From contig MU056277.1 of assembly GCA_013239625.1 (NCBI GenBank), forward strand, positions 2,024,076-2,088,075: a stretch of 64,000 bases of DNA, given 5' to 3'. Made by a program: the position numbers and the translations under genes. This document shows positions 12,519 to 24,556 of the stretch, piece after piece. Source of the stretch: Lama guanicoe. Its lineage: Eukaryota. The notes below the pieces were generated by a model that had not been told where the DNA came from, did no database searches, and worked only from the letters and a program-made list of their open reading frames with translations. Position 1 is the stretch's first letter; each line of letters starts with the position of its first letter.

Positions 12519-15500
12519 GTAAGAACTGTGGGCGTGTCCTGTGTTTTCGGAGTGCGTTGTGAATAAAATATTTCTCGAAAATATTTTCCCCCGTGACTCC
12601 CCCGTGTGCTTTGTCGGTAGAGGCCCTGTCCAGCCGCCCCCGGCGCGTGCCTGGCTCACCGTGCGGGGGCCTCTCTCCGGGTGTGTGTCGGGGTCGTCAG
12701 CTGAGTCGGTGCTGCTCCTACGTGGACTTGGTGTGTCTGGACTCCCCTTGAGCGCAGGGGGCAGACAGGCACAGGCGCTCGGGGCCCGCGGGGCGCGCCG
12801 CCGTGACCCGTGACCCGTGCTGCGTGGAGGGTGCTGAGCCCACGGGTGTGTCTGTCCTCCTCACGGCTGCAAGGGGCTGCTGTCTCTTTTGTAACTTTTA
12901 ACAGTTTCTACTAAGTTGATCTTGGTTTTTCAAAATCTTTCCTGCTTCGAAAGCCCTTACCTTTTCTAGGATTTGCTCTTTGTCGCAGTTTCGGTTGGTG
13001 GCTCCCCGCGGCCGCCAGGCCGCAGTGCAGTTGAACAGCGCTCGCTCGTTGTTCCTCTGCGTCTGTCATACAGTTTCCCCACAGCCCGGCTCTAAGTGGG
13101 CATCTCGCGTGCCGTCGAGAGCTGAGAGTCCGCCCGAGAACCGCGGCGCCGGCGCCCAGGGGGCGCGTCGGCACCGTCATCCGCGCCGCTCAGCCCGCAC
13201 TGTGTCCGCGGCTCAGCTCCGCAAGCTTCACCCCGGCTCACGACAGCCACCCCTTCAGCCGGACGTTTTCATGGTGTTAAAGCCGAGGAAACCGAGGCTC
13301 CAGCAGAGGAAGCACTGTCCAGGGCCAGGTGGTTAGAACCCGGGCCCAGGGCGCTCGTTCTGCTCCGGGCGGCTGTGATACGCTGTGACTGCGGCGTCAC
13401 CCAATCGGCAGCCCCTTAGCGGACACGTCTGCGAGGGGAAGGGACACATGTGCGGAGGCCAGCCTGGTCACCCTGGAAGCGGATGCAGGTGCTGTGCGGC
13501 CCCGGCAGCAGCCCGCTTCCTCAGCCGCTCCGCGTGCTGCTCTGGGTGTTTGGGGCCCTTCAGGGGTCGGCAGGTCCTTGTTCCTGAGGGTCCCCTGAGC
13601 CACCACAGAACCGGGTCCAACGTCTCGCAGGATCTTGTCCGTGAGACGCTTACCTGCCACCACTGCCCGACTCGTGCGCCTGTGCTCAGCCAGCGCCCGA
13701 CAGCGTGCTCGGTTAGAATGTGAAACGGTGACAGAGCTGGAGCAGAGGTAGAGAGGAGGCCCGGCCGACCCGCGGCTCACTGGCCGCGAGCTCTGTGAGC
13801 CCCGTGGGGACAGCGCCAAGCCCAGCATGCACATCGTCACGGGGAAAGCCCCTGAATCGCAGGCGATGCTACGGCGCACAGAGCAGCGGGACCACTGGAG
13901 GTGCCCGCTGTGAGGCGCCGGCCCGCGGGCGCACGCTGAGGGGCAGGCTTGCTCCGTTCACTGCTGCCCCGTGGACGTTAAGCAAGCTCGGGACTCGAAG
14001 TGCGAGGGCGAGCCCGGTCCTGACGGCAGCGTCCTGGGCACGGGCAACCCCTGCGGGCCCCGGGCGCACCTTCATCACTAGGAGGATGGGAGCCCCCGGA
14101 GGTCAGGAGCCTGGGCCCTCGAGGTGGGTGCACCGCGCCAGTGGTCCCAGCTGGGCCCCGTGTTGCCTCGGGGGCCGCACTCTTGGCCTTTCTCGCCCTG
14201 GATTGTTGATTCTTGAATTCCCGTTTGTTTTGGCTTTAAGAGGGTTAGATCACTCACAAAACTAAAAATGATACTGGATGCTGGTTCTGTAGTAATTCAA
14301 GTAAACCTGCAAACTCAAGTAAGTCCGGGGCGTCTCTGGGGACGGCAGACGCTCCTGGTCTGGGCAGCAGGGCGGTTGGTGACGGTGACGCTCACCACTC
14401 GCCCTCGGTACCCCTTCCAGGGGAGGACGCCCCTTCTCGGTGGGACGGCTTAGGTGCCCTGTTCTGCGGACTGCCAGCAGGTGGCCAGTTTTTAAAGACC
14501 TCGGTCCTTCTGTGGGGTGTGCGGACCACGGGGAGCGCTGAGGGAAGGAGCACTGATAACTTCTGAGAAAGAGAAAGTCGCTTCTAGGGCACCTTTCGCA
14601 CGGGCTCGAGAGCCGTGTCACTTCTCAGACGAGAATGTGAGGCGGCAGCTCCGTTACTACTGTTGAACAGCAGGGTGTTCCTGGGGGACCACGCGAGGGT
14701 TTGGGGCGTGTTGTCACAGAGGTCAGTGACTGTCCGGAGGGTGGGGGTGTGAGTGTCCCCAGCGTGAGGACCAGCTGTGCCCGGGGCTCAGCAGAAGTTG
14801 CGAATCAGCACCGAGAGCAAGTGTAGGCAGCGTTCCCTCTGACCGTGATTGGAGAACACAAGGCATGTTTGTCCGGGGACATTTTCACACATAAAAATTA
14901 AATTGGTCTGGGTGTTAGAGCGTGTATGAGCAGGGAAGTTTCTTACAAAACACCCGTCCTCAGAGGCAAGGGGGAGGGCGTGAGGAGAAGGAATTAACCT
15001 GGGACCTGGCGGGGGGGCCTGGGGGCTTCCGCTGGCTTCAGCTCTCCCGAGCGAGGCACACTGTCTGCAGAGGCACAGCGTCACCCTATGTGACAGTCTC
15101 CTCGGTGACACAGTGTCACCTCATGTGACGTCTCCACGGGGATGCAGAGTTACCTTAAGAGACAGTCTCTTCAGAGACAGTGTGTGTCACCTTAGGAGAT
15201 CCCACCCCGGCCTTCACTGGGGGGGCGGGGAACTGACGTCACTTGGAAAAAGGGTCGTCCCTCTGGGCAGCCCTTTGAGAAAGGGAGTTTGCACCCCAGT
15301 GAACCCCCAAACAGTCCATAGAAGTAACTGCAAACAATTTCAGTAATAAATTGACTCTCAGCAGTTGGAGCGAGGGCTCCCTTAAAGCAAGCAGGGGAGC
15401 TGGGAGGAGCACCCCGAGCCGTCACCGCGCGTCCCAGCGAGCCGGGACGGCGCACGGGGGGCCCAGCTGACGGGGGCAGGGGTGTCAGCCTTGCCCAGGT

Positions 15501-16052
15501 TCCACCCCGAATTCTGAAATCTGATTCAGGACGGTTGCCTTTGCTGCTTGTCGCCCGTAAAAGTCACAGCTGAGGCCCCTGTGTTTCACTGGGCTGGACG
15601 TGGCCCCAGACCCACCCACGTCTGCCGAGCCCCCAGGGATCCCGGCGGTGGGTCGGGAAGCCCCCCTCAGGGAGAGACGGGAAACTTCCTCCCTGACTGT
15701 GGTGCAGCTGGACATGCGCTCCCACCACAGTCCCTCCCCATGGTTTCTATTGTCTAAGAAGGGGTTCTGAGGCTCCTGCCCAGCAGAGAGGCAGACACAG
15801 GGGCCTGGGATGGGGAGCTGGGGGCGGTGCAGCCTTCCCTCCCATCCAGTGCCGATTCAGAGCTGCCACCTTCCTGCAGGCAAACCTTTCACTTCTGGCT
15901 AAAAGCAGTAACTGCCGATGGAAGTGAAACAGGTGTTGAGTCTTCCACCTGCGGGCCAAGCCTTCTCACAGGCCACTGCCAGCTGCTCCCACCTCGCAGG
16001 GCAAGTGTTCCCACCCTGACGGCCAGCGTGGAAGGGGGAGCCCTGTCCTGAA

Positions 16053-16250
16053 GGGTTTCCCGGCCGGGGCACCGGGGCTGGTGGGGTCAGAGCTGTCGTG
16101 GCTGTGGGCTGCCCCGTGCGATTAGCTGGCCTTCGGCTTCTCCCTGCAGGATGCCAAGAGCTCCCTCCCCCGACAGTGTCCCCAGATGTTGCAGGTGGCC
16201 CCCCGCCCCCACCTGGGGGACAGAATCGCCCCTGGCGAGAGCCTCCGTGG
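16053..16250. mobile_element. MER20-like hAT DNA transposon
   Basis: gggctgccccgtgc...ggatgcca...tgtccccagatgttgc...ctgggggacagaatcgccc. Confidence 0.55.
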
Positions 16251-17218
16251 CTGTGATCCAGTTTTAATGACGGTGGTGAAGTGAAGAATAAAGTGAGAAA
16301 AGAGTCCACGGGGTCCTGATCCTTAAGCCTGTTTCCTACAAAAGTCTTAACGCTTCGACTTTTCTCCTAGAATTCTGCACGTAGGTTATAACCTCACTAA
16401 ATGTCGCCAGCCCTGCAGCCCGCGCTCCCCGCAAGTGAGTTGCATGTGGTTGTGCTGCTTTGGTTGAAACCAGTGTTACAGGAAAGCGACTTTCCTTGTA
16501 GCTTTTAAAGCTTTGTCTTCTCCTAAAGGAGACCTAGAACGTTCTCTGAGAGGCACAGCTCCCAGAATTGGACAGGCCAGAAATAGGTCCGCTCCCGGGC
16601 GGCGCAGAAACCTCAGGGGAAACAAGTCTCACCTCCCGCAGGCTGGTTAGTGCCCCAGAGAAAGGCTCTGAAGCCGCCGGTGCTTCCTTCTGCCTGTGTC
16701 TCTGTCTGTCGCGCTCCCTGCTGGCCGGCCCCGCCCCGGGACCCCCCTCCGCCTGCCGTCACCCCGTGGGACGTGGGACGGGGTTCTTGGCTCTCACCGC
16801 CCCCAGGAAGACGTGCCGGCAGGGCCGCCAACAGGCGTTTGGGTTGAGTTCAGAAGAGAATAGACGCAAACTCTGCTGAGTTTGTTCTTGACCGTGACGG
16901 CACGGAAGGCGCCAGGCTCGGCACTGGGAGCGGGCGGACCAGGGCACAGGCTGTGACTCCAGCCCTCTGTCTGTGAGCAGGACGTTTGTCGAGGGGGCGA
17001 CATCGGGCCGACGGGCAGCCAGGCAGGAAGGTCCCCAGGGGGTGGTGCGGGAGCCCGGGCGTCTGCCTGTCCCTTCCCTCGCAGTAGCACCCCGCCGTCC
17101 CTGTGTCTCGGGGGTTGGGGTGCCGTCAGGCAGGAGCCGTGGGAGGTGTCCTGTGGCCGTGTGTGTGAGTGTGAAGGGCAGCCGGATTGACAGAGACTCT
17201 GGGCTCTTCTGTCCGCAG

Positions 17219-17284
17219 ATATTTGGGAACTGGACCTTCGGGACGCTGGTGTTCACGGTGATGGTGTTTACGGTTACCCTGAAG
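17219..17284 (+). CDS. ATP11A: ATP11A coding exon (approx. exon 26), IFGNWTFGTLVFTVMVFTVTLK
   Basis: ccgcag / gtaaat, 66 nt, phase 0 to 0; TM8. Confidence 0.95.
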
Positions 17285-17910
17285 GTAAATCCTCTGACCT
17301 CGGGGTCCTCCTCTAGCCCAAGCTGCCCCACAAGTGAGTTGGGACCCCCAACCCAGGCCCTGGCCCCTAAGGTGCGAAGGTCAGAATTACACAGAAGGCC
17401 AAGGAAGGAAGGATCCTTTTCTGTACGAAAGGACTCGGACTAGAGTTCCTTTTAGTGGCAGGCGGTCCCACCCCCGGTGTCATCACAATGCACTTCAACT
17501 GAAACAGATTAGTGTGTTGTGGGAAAGTCAGTCAGTGTCTTCCTGGAATGTTAGGAAGGCCCCAAACCCGGTCACGGGGGCCCCATCCTTAACCAGGGAA
17601 ACGGAAAAGCCCAGAGCAGAGTGCCCAGTGGTAGTGGGACCAGCGCCTGGAGTCGCCAGCCCTGCGCCTGCCCCGTGGGAGCGGGTCCCCCCGGCCCGGT
17701 GAGAATGCCCAGGGCTGTTGAAACCCGAGTCCTCCTCCCCACTGGAATCTAAGGTTTGTCTTTTCCTGAGCAGGTTCATGTTGGCATCTTGACTAAAATG
17801 AAGGCGTTGTTTGGTTTTTTTCCATTGTTTTCTGGCTTACTTCCCTAGTTTCACGGTTCACGGTGACGTGCCAGGGGAACACCACTGTGAATGCCTTTGC
17901 TTTTTTTCAG

Positions 17911-18014
17911 CTGGCGCTGGACACACACTACTGGACGTGGATAAACCACCTTGTGATCTGGGGGTCCCTGCTCTTCTACGTCGTGTTTTCCCTCCTCTGG
18001 GGAGGAATTATCTG
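17911..18014 (+). CDS. ATP11A: ATP11A coding exon (approx. exon 27), LALDTHYWTWINHLVIWGSLLFYVVFSLLWGGIIW
   Basis: tttttcag / gtacgg, 104 nt, phase 0 to 2; TM9. Confidence 0.95.
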
Positions 18015-18351
18015 GTACGGATTTGGCTGTCAGACCGTCATTATTACGTTGGTCGTCCTGCGGTATCGCTCATCAAGGGCGCAACCTCCGTGTGCGAGTG
18101 TTTGCTGCGGGCTGCTGTGTGCGAGGCCTGGTGCTGGGCCCGGGGCCGCGGGGGTCGAGGGGATGTGGTCCCTGCTCCTTCCTCCCGGGTGCTCAGTCAG
18201 GAGACGCGCTGCTCGTAAGTGAGGAGGCCTGTGTCGAGAGGAACAGACCAGATGCCACAGCAAGGCGTCTGTCTCAGATGGAAGTTTGGGGAAGGCTTCT
18301 CAAAAAAAGACGTTATTGAACTGAAACTGGGAGAAGAGTGCCACCACCACA

Positions 18352-18449
18352 GTGGGTGCACAGGGGAGCTGGCCTCGGGGGCCGTGGTGGGCGCACAGGG
18401 GAGCCGGCCTCGGGGGCCGTGGTGGGCGCACAGGGGAGCCGGCCTCGGG
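18352..18449. repeat. 35-bp minisatellite, about 2.8 copies
   Basis: caggggagcyggcctcgggggccgtggtgggcgca starting at 18361, 18396 and 18431. Confidence 0.9.
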
Positions 18450-19985
18450 CCTCGGGGTCTGACTCCAGGCGCAGCCCTTCCCCAGGAAGGGAGCCGCGCC
18501 AGCAGAAGTGAGTCAGGGCCCAGCGGTGGAAGGCAGTCCACCGAGGACAGAGTGACCCAGGTCCAGCGTAGGCCACCCCAGACCCCGACCCCAGCCTCAC
18601 GGCATGGAGGACTTTAGTCAGAGGAGCTCCGAGTCTGGTGATGCCGTCAGGAGGGGCACTGGCTGCGTGTGGAAAGTGAACTGTGAGTGGGTACGAGCAG
18701 GACGCCCGCTGAGAGGCCACTGCAGTGAACGGGTCCAGAAGTGGTGCTGGTGTGCCCATCCTGACGGCGGCACAGAGGCTGCGTCAGTGCTGCTCCTTCT
18801 ACCCAGAACGTGCTTCCCAGCTAGCCGGCCTCTGAGCTCCTCCTCGTCCTTTGAAACCTAGCGGCCCACTGTCCTCTTCAGTCACCTGACCGGTGCTTCC
18901 ACCGCGTCCCCCAAGCACTTGTTCCTGCCCCTGTCACAACACGTGCTGTATTTTCCTCTAATCTTCCCGTTTACATTTCTGCCTCCTCTGCAAGAGCGTT
19001 TCCTGAGCGGAGCTGGGACTAGGGGCCACAGCCTGGGAGGGAAGGCCTCCTTCCACTGGGCCTGCTGGCCTCAGCCCAGGCCTGGCCGGACCCGAGACCA
19101 GAGGCAGTGTCCCCTCCACTCGCATCTCTGGTACTGCGCACAAGCTCCCGGGACACGCAAGCGGCCCCTGAGATGGGAGGAGGGGCTCCCTGGTTCTTCA
19201 GAGGCCGGTGTCCACCCCACAGCCTGCTCCATTGCTGACCCCCAGTGGCCACGTCCACGCATTGCACGTTCCCTGAACCGGGGAAACGCAGGAAAACTGG
19301 ACCAGCTTTGGGTGGGTTTCCAGCAGCCCCGCCCCAGGCTAGGGGTCGCTGTGGTTCCAGAGGGAGGGTGCCCTGAGACTCCCCCTGCCGGCTCCTGGGC
19401 CCTGGGGCTCAGGGGCCACGAAGCTGTGTGGCTCAAGTTCACACCGAGGCATGAACCACCGCCCCTTTCCAGCCTCCTCCGAGGAACTCAGTGTAGACGC
19501 TTCCTTGAATCACAGCTTCCCCTGGCAGGGAAGGCATTTCATTCTCTGTATTCTTATAGAAATTTTAAAAAAGTTTATGGTACAAGTTAAGTGGCCACCC
19601 GCTCTGCTGATCAGGACCCGTGCTGTCTTCTCCACGTTATTAGCTGTTGATCAGCTGCAATTCCGAGATACAAAAAAAAATCTCCTATTTCATCGTGTAA
19701 AATCTTTTCCACTGTTGTGAAATGGGACTTCTCCCTTTGGGATGACATCAGACTCCCTCCTCCTCTTCCCACTCTCAACACCCAGCGCCACAGGGAGAGG
19801 TGACATCCCACTGTTAGTGTGGCTGAGTCCTCGGCCTGCCCAGTGGCCGGCGGTGGCAGCAGTGAGTGCTGCGGGAGCACGCGGGCTCCTCAGGCAGGTG
19901 GAGGGAACAGACCGGCATTTCCACGTCTCTCCCGCTGGTTTCTGACCTGTCCCGTGTTGTTCTCTCCTCACGCTCGACGCTGCAG

Positions 19986-20151
19986 GCCGTTCCTCAGCTA
20001 CCGGAGGATGTACTATGTGTTCATCCAGATGCTGTCCAGCGGGCCCGCCTGGCTGGCCATCGTCCTGCTCGTCACCGTCAGCCTCCTGCCCGACGTGCTC
20101 AAGAAAGTGCTGTGCAGACAGCTGTGGCCCAGTGCCACCGAGAGGGTCCAG
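19986..20151 (+). CDS. ATP11A: ATP11A coding exon (approx. exon 28), PFLSYRRMYYVFIQMLSSGPAW...LWPSATERVQ
   Basis: ctgcag / gtaccg, 166 nt, phase 2 to 0; TM10. Confidence 0.95.
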
Positions 20152-20701
20152 GTACCGCCCCGCCCCGGGGTCTCAGCGGGAGGCCGGCCTCACGGAGGAG
20201 GGCCTGGAAGCTTGGGTTTGGGAGTGTGACCAGCCCAGCACTGCTAATGAGTTCCCCGATGACAGGTGCTTGTCAGCGCTAAGCAAGGTAACATTCCAGG
20301 TGGCCAGGGTTGAGAGCTGAACAGCGTAGTCGGCTGAAATAAGAAACAGACTGAGAGAGAAAGGTTAAGCCAGTACAGAAGACAAATTATTTTGTGTAAA
20401 TTCAAAAAAGTTTTTTTTATTAATCATTGTTTTGAAGTTAGAATTGCATTACCTCTAGGGGAGGTGGATTTGGCTCAGACCTTAGCGTTTGTCCTGGGAC
20501 ATCCTGGTTATGAGCAGGCACTTGCTTCCACACTCCCAGACGAGGCCAGCGGCTGGATCCTGGGTTCAGGGAAGAAGTGAGACACACAAAAGGCCCAGCT
20601 GACTTCAGACACAGGATGTTACTCGGAGCTTCTGAGACCGCTCTGCCCCCTGGACTTCCCGGGGAGTGGAGGCTCCCCCACCCCCCCCACTGTGACCCCC
20701 C

Positions 20702-20814
20702 NNNNNNNNNNNNNNNNNNNNNNNNNNNNNNNNNNNNNNNNNNNNNNNNNNNNNNNNNNNNNNNNNNNNNNNNNNNNNNNNNNNNNNNNNNNNNNNNNNN
20801 NNNNNNNNNNNNNN
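20702..20814. other. Assembly gap (113 N) flanked by C-rich tgacccc units
   Basis: N run. Confidence 0.99.
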
Positions 20815-21434
20815 CGTCCCTCCCCCCATGACCCCCTGTGAGCTGCCCTGGGAGGTGCAGAGCCTCAGGGCGGAGGAGGAGGGTGGCGTGAAAGGGCCGA
20901 GCCCCCGCCGGGCAGCTGGGGAGGGTGCTTGTCCAGGCGAAGGGGGCGGGCGCGCAGGTGGGGGGCTGGAGAGAGGGTGGAAACTTTACAGGACGTCCAC
21001 CCGCGGCCCCCGTAGTCTCGGCCCTTCAGTGCAGGTGGCCCTCCCCTGGGCTGGGGCCCCACCTCCGCCCATCCTGGCGGGTGACAGGACCGGCATGGGG
21101 AGCTTTCTTAGCTCTCGGGCTCATTTACTCCTGAGCTCAGGCCCCAGGCCCCAGGCCTCGGGAGTCCTCTGTGTCATTCCTGCCGGGTTTGTAAAGTCAG
21201 TGCTGACAAATCTCAGGAGGTCAGAGCAGGAGACCCACTGTGGGAAGTGAGGGCTGCGGCCTCCGAGCTCAGCGGACGGTGGACGCTGCGGCCGTCTGAC
21301 CGTACTCACCGCCTTCTCTTGTCTCTTCTCTTGCTGGTTCCTCTCGTCTTCCGGCCTCTTTGCCCAAATAACCATCCTGTCTAACGATGTGCATGGCCTC
21401 CTGACCTCTGACCTCTGACCTCTGGGACCGGCAG

Positions 21435-21512
21435 ACTAGGAGCCAGTGCCTTTCTGTCGAGCAGCCCACCGTCTTTATGCTTTCCCAGACTTCCAGCGGT
21501 CTGACTTTCTAG
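21435..21512 (+). CDS. ATP11A: ATP11A alternative C-terminal exon '29a', TRSQCLSVEQPTVFMLSQTSSGLTF*; exon continues to the donor after 21521
   Basis: ggcag acceptor, TAG 21510-21512, AAG|gtgatg donor; matches my recollection of the human isoform-a tail TKSQCLSVEQSTIFMLSQTSSSLSF. Confidence 0.9.
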   Translation, partial: TRSQCLSVEQPTVFMLSQTSSGLTF

Positions 21513-23507
21513 CGGGACAAGGTGATGCCTTCCTGTCTTCTCGCACGTTTGGGGTTGAGTCGCAGGATGCGGGGGCCTGGCGTGTAACCTCGGGAGGCAC
21601 GAGCGCAGCCCTGGCTGGGAGGTACCGGGCCGCAGCGTCCGGAGATGTGGGCACGGGGCGGCTTCCATCCAGGCACCAACCAGTCCATTGGAAGCGTCAG
21701 GGCCCACCTGCCTGGAGGCTGCACGTCTGTGGAGGGTGGGGAGCCGGCTGCCACCACGCTGGTCCTTCCACGGGGCCCCTCTGCAGCCCCGGGGACGAGG
21801 GCAGGTCCTCTCTGCCACTCGCCCACAAGCCTGGCTCTGCATTCGGGGTCCAGGGCCCCACAGGAGAGGCAGACTGTGGGCAGAGCCGGGACAGACATGT
21901 TTGCGGTCAGCTCTTTTACCAAATTCCCTTTTCACTTTTTTTTAAGAATCTGATTGTTTTTAGGAAAAGGCTCTGCCTTTGCTTTAAGTGGCTGCAGTGC
22001 CCCTGTCTTAGCGACACAGAGCCGTGAGCCTGGGGTTTTCTGTGCCGGCCGCCTGGGGCCCAAGGCTTTCCGTCCAGAGCCAGGGCTTTGGGGACAGAGC
22101 TTACCTGTTTCCGGGTGTTTGTGTACCTGAAGGCCCCCTTTGTGTGGCCTCCAAATCCGGCAGACTTTGCGGGCCTGTGTTTGCTGTTACAGCTTTACCA
22201 GGGCCGCGTGCTTCATAGGAAAATGCCTAAACCGAAAAAAAAAAGCCTTTTTCTTTCCTTTTAGTAATGGTTCATGTTCTATAAAGGTTTAGCAGTGTTT
22301 TTTAATTAACAAGACATGCATCTTTAAGTTCAGGTAATTGTTGGGAATCAAAATTGTTCTAATCTGGTGCCATTAGAATCTGTGAGAATAAATTACATGA
22401 TTTCGTTTTGCTGTTTTCATACCTGAAAACGTGTAGGATGAAATTATTAGGAACACTTTTAATAAGTCACAGGAGGTGCTTATGAAATTGGCTAAGTCAT
22501 GCCAGCTCTGGGCTGAGAACACATACTCTATTGATACAGTTAATCAAGAGCTGATTTGCTTCTGAACCTTTGTGGAAGCCAGACCCTGGCTGCTTGGGGC
22601 CAGGGGCAGCACTGAGCCCCACGGCCGCGCTGCCGGGACCCGGGGGCGCCCCACCCACCCCTCACGGGGCCCCTGCCGCCTGCGTGCTCCCCGCGCGCAC
22701 GGGGTCGGCGCTTTGTGGCTGTGTATCGCCTGACCTCGGCAAAACTTTGGAGGAATAAACGTTGACTAGTCCTTAGGTGGAACATCCCACACTTCAAACA
22801 TGTGGTTTTGTCTTTTAATCTGTCCTGTTGAAAAGAAAAACATCGCTGGCCCCATTTCATGTATATTCATATACGTGTGTGTGCACATGTGTCAGCCCTG
22901 TGTGTGTGCGTTTATTCCATCTGTGTTCATCTTTCTGTACGGTTGTCTCGTCTCCGCCCCTGCAAAGAGCAGCAGTGCTGGTCGGCTCTCCCGCTCCTCG
23001 TCTGCATCTCCAGCCTTGTGGTTCTTCCACTCCTCAAATTCCCTTCTTCCTCGATGCTGAGAAACTCACACGGCTTGCCTTGAAAACCTGAGTATTCTGA
23101 CGCCCAGCCCCGCTGACCTGCAGCCCCACGACTCCTTAGGCGTCCAGGATTCTGGGCTCAGGCCGGGGCTCTTCCGTTTGACTGGAGAAGGGGCCGAAGG
23201 ACAGGGCCAGACAGGCACACAGAGAGGGACAGAGGGGCGGGCAGGTGCAGAGTTCCCGCAGGCCTGGGGGCCTTTGGGGGAGCACCGCCGTCAGGAAATT
23301 GCTCAGGAGGCATGCGGTGAGTGGGCCGGACCCTTAGCGCCAGGCTTCAGCACTCTGGACAGTGGCCTCTGCTGCGCCCAGCGTGGCAGGTCCCTTGGGG
23401 GACGCCCCGGCCCGGCCTCCTCTCTGTGCCGTGTCCCCCTCATTGCCCCACAGAGCTAGGGGCCGTGTGGCCGCGGCACAGGCTCAGTGTCTGTCCTCGC
23501 CTTGCAG

Positions 23508-23600
23508 AGGAGCCCGAGCCGCCCAGCCCCGGCCGACACCGCGCCGAGCCCCGACTGGCCTCTCCTGAAGGACCCCGAGCCGCGGCCGAGGCGCGAGTAG
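23508..23600 (+). CDS. ATP11A: ATP11A alternative C-terminal exon '29b', RSPSRPAPADTAPSPDWPLLKDPEPRPRRE*; exon continues to the donor after 23611
   Basis: cttgcag acceptor, TAG 23598-23600, TAG|gtaacg donor, 104-nt exon; PLLKD and RPRR resemble a recalled minor human isoform tail. Confidence 0.7.
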   Translation, partial: RSPSRPAPADTAPSPDWPLLKDPEPRPRRE

Positions 23601-23789
23601 CCCGCGGATAGGTAACGGCCGCCCGGCGGGCAGCCCGTGTGCTGTGCTCTTGCCGACTGCCTGTTCTTCCTCCAAAGTTTTGCTGTGCTGTGCCGTTTCT
23701 GATAGGTTCATGATAAGAAAGAAATGCTTTACACACGTGTGCTCTGTCCCAGGTAAGTGGCCTGCCCAAGAGGCCGGGCCGAGGAGGGC

Positions 23790-23915
23790 AGCCTGCTGCA
23801 CACATGTAGGCACATGTGCACACACACCTGTGCAGCACACACCCCTGGGTACACGCACACTGGGCGGACATCGCCGCACACCAGGCAGGCATCATCGCAC
23901 ACGTGATCACACGTG
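23790..23915. repeat. CA-rich low-complexity tract
   Basis: gcacacatgt / cacacacctg / cacacgtgat units. Confidence 0.6.
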
Positions 23916-24556
23916 ATGAGTGTCAAGAACCTAGCTCACCTCGCCTGCGGCTGTGGGAATAGCTTCACCCAAAAGGTGGAGTGGGAAAGACCACATTTTG
24001 ACATAGAAAAAGGAACATGGTGTGATTGGTCCTGCATGTTGGCCAGGGCAGGTGTCCATCAGCTGGGAGTGGAGCTTTGGCCTGAGAGATGTGAATGTGC
24101 AGCCACGTCCCCAGTGTGTCCTGAGCTGGACCTCAGGTGTGACCAGCACGGCTGCCTTCTCCGTCAAGAAGCCGGCTCTCCTGCCGGGCTACCCCACCCC
24201 TTCCCATCTGTTCTGTTCAACCACATGGGCCGGGCGAGATGTCCATGGGTGGAGACAGGCTGGCCTGGTGGGCAGGAGGCAGGTTTGAGCGAGGCCAGCA
24301 CAGCCATGTTGGAGGTGCCATGCGCAGCCTGGGGCCCAGGGAGGCGCCCTGTGTTTTGACCCACATCCACACACGGTGGGCCCGAGAAGGGGGCACGGTC
24401 TCGGCCAAGACGCAGTCCACACGTCACCTCTGCGTCTGGTTCGGGCAGTGGGCGCCACCTGCCTGCGCTCTGGAGGGAGCCCTTCCAGGTCAGGTGGGCG
24501 TCAGGTGGGATTCCCACGGGGGTCCTGGTTCTGACTGTCCTTTCTGTTCCCGACAG

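Noticed and set aside
18352-18449. 35-bp repeats as a CRISPR-like array
   Set aside because: Head-to-tail with no spacers, mammalian context, no cas genes
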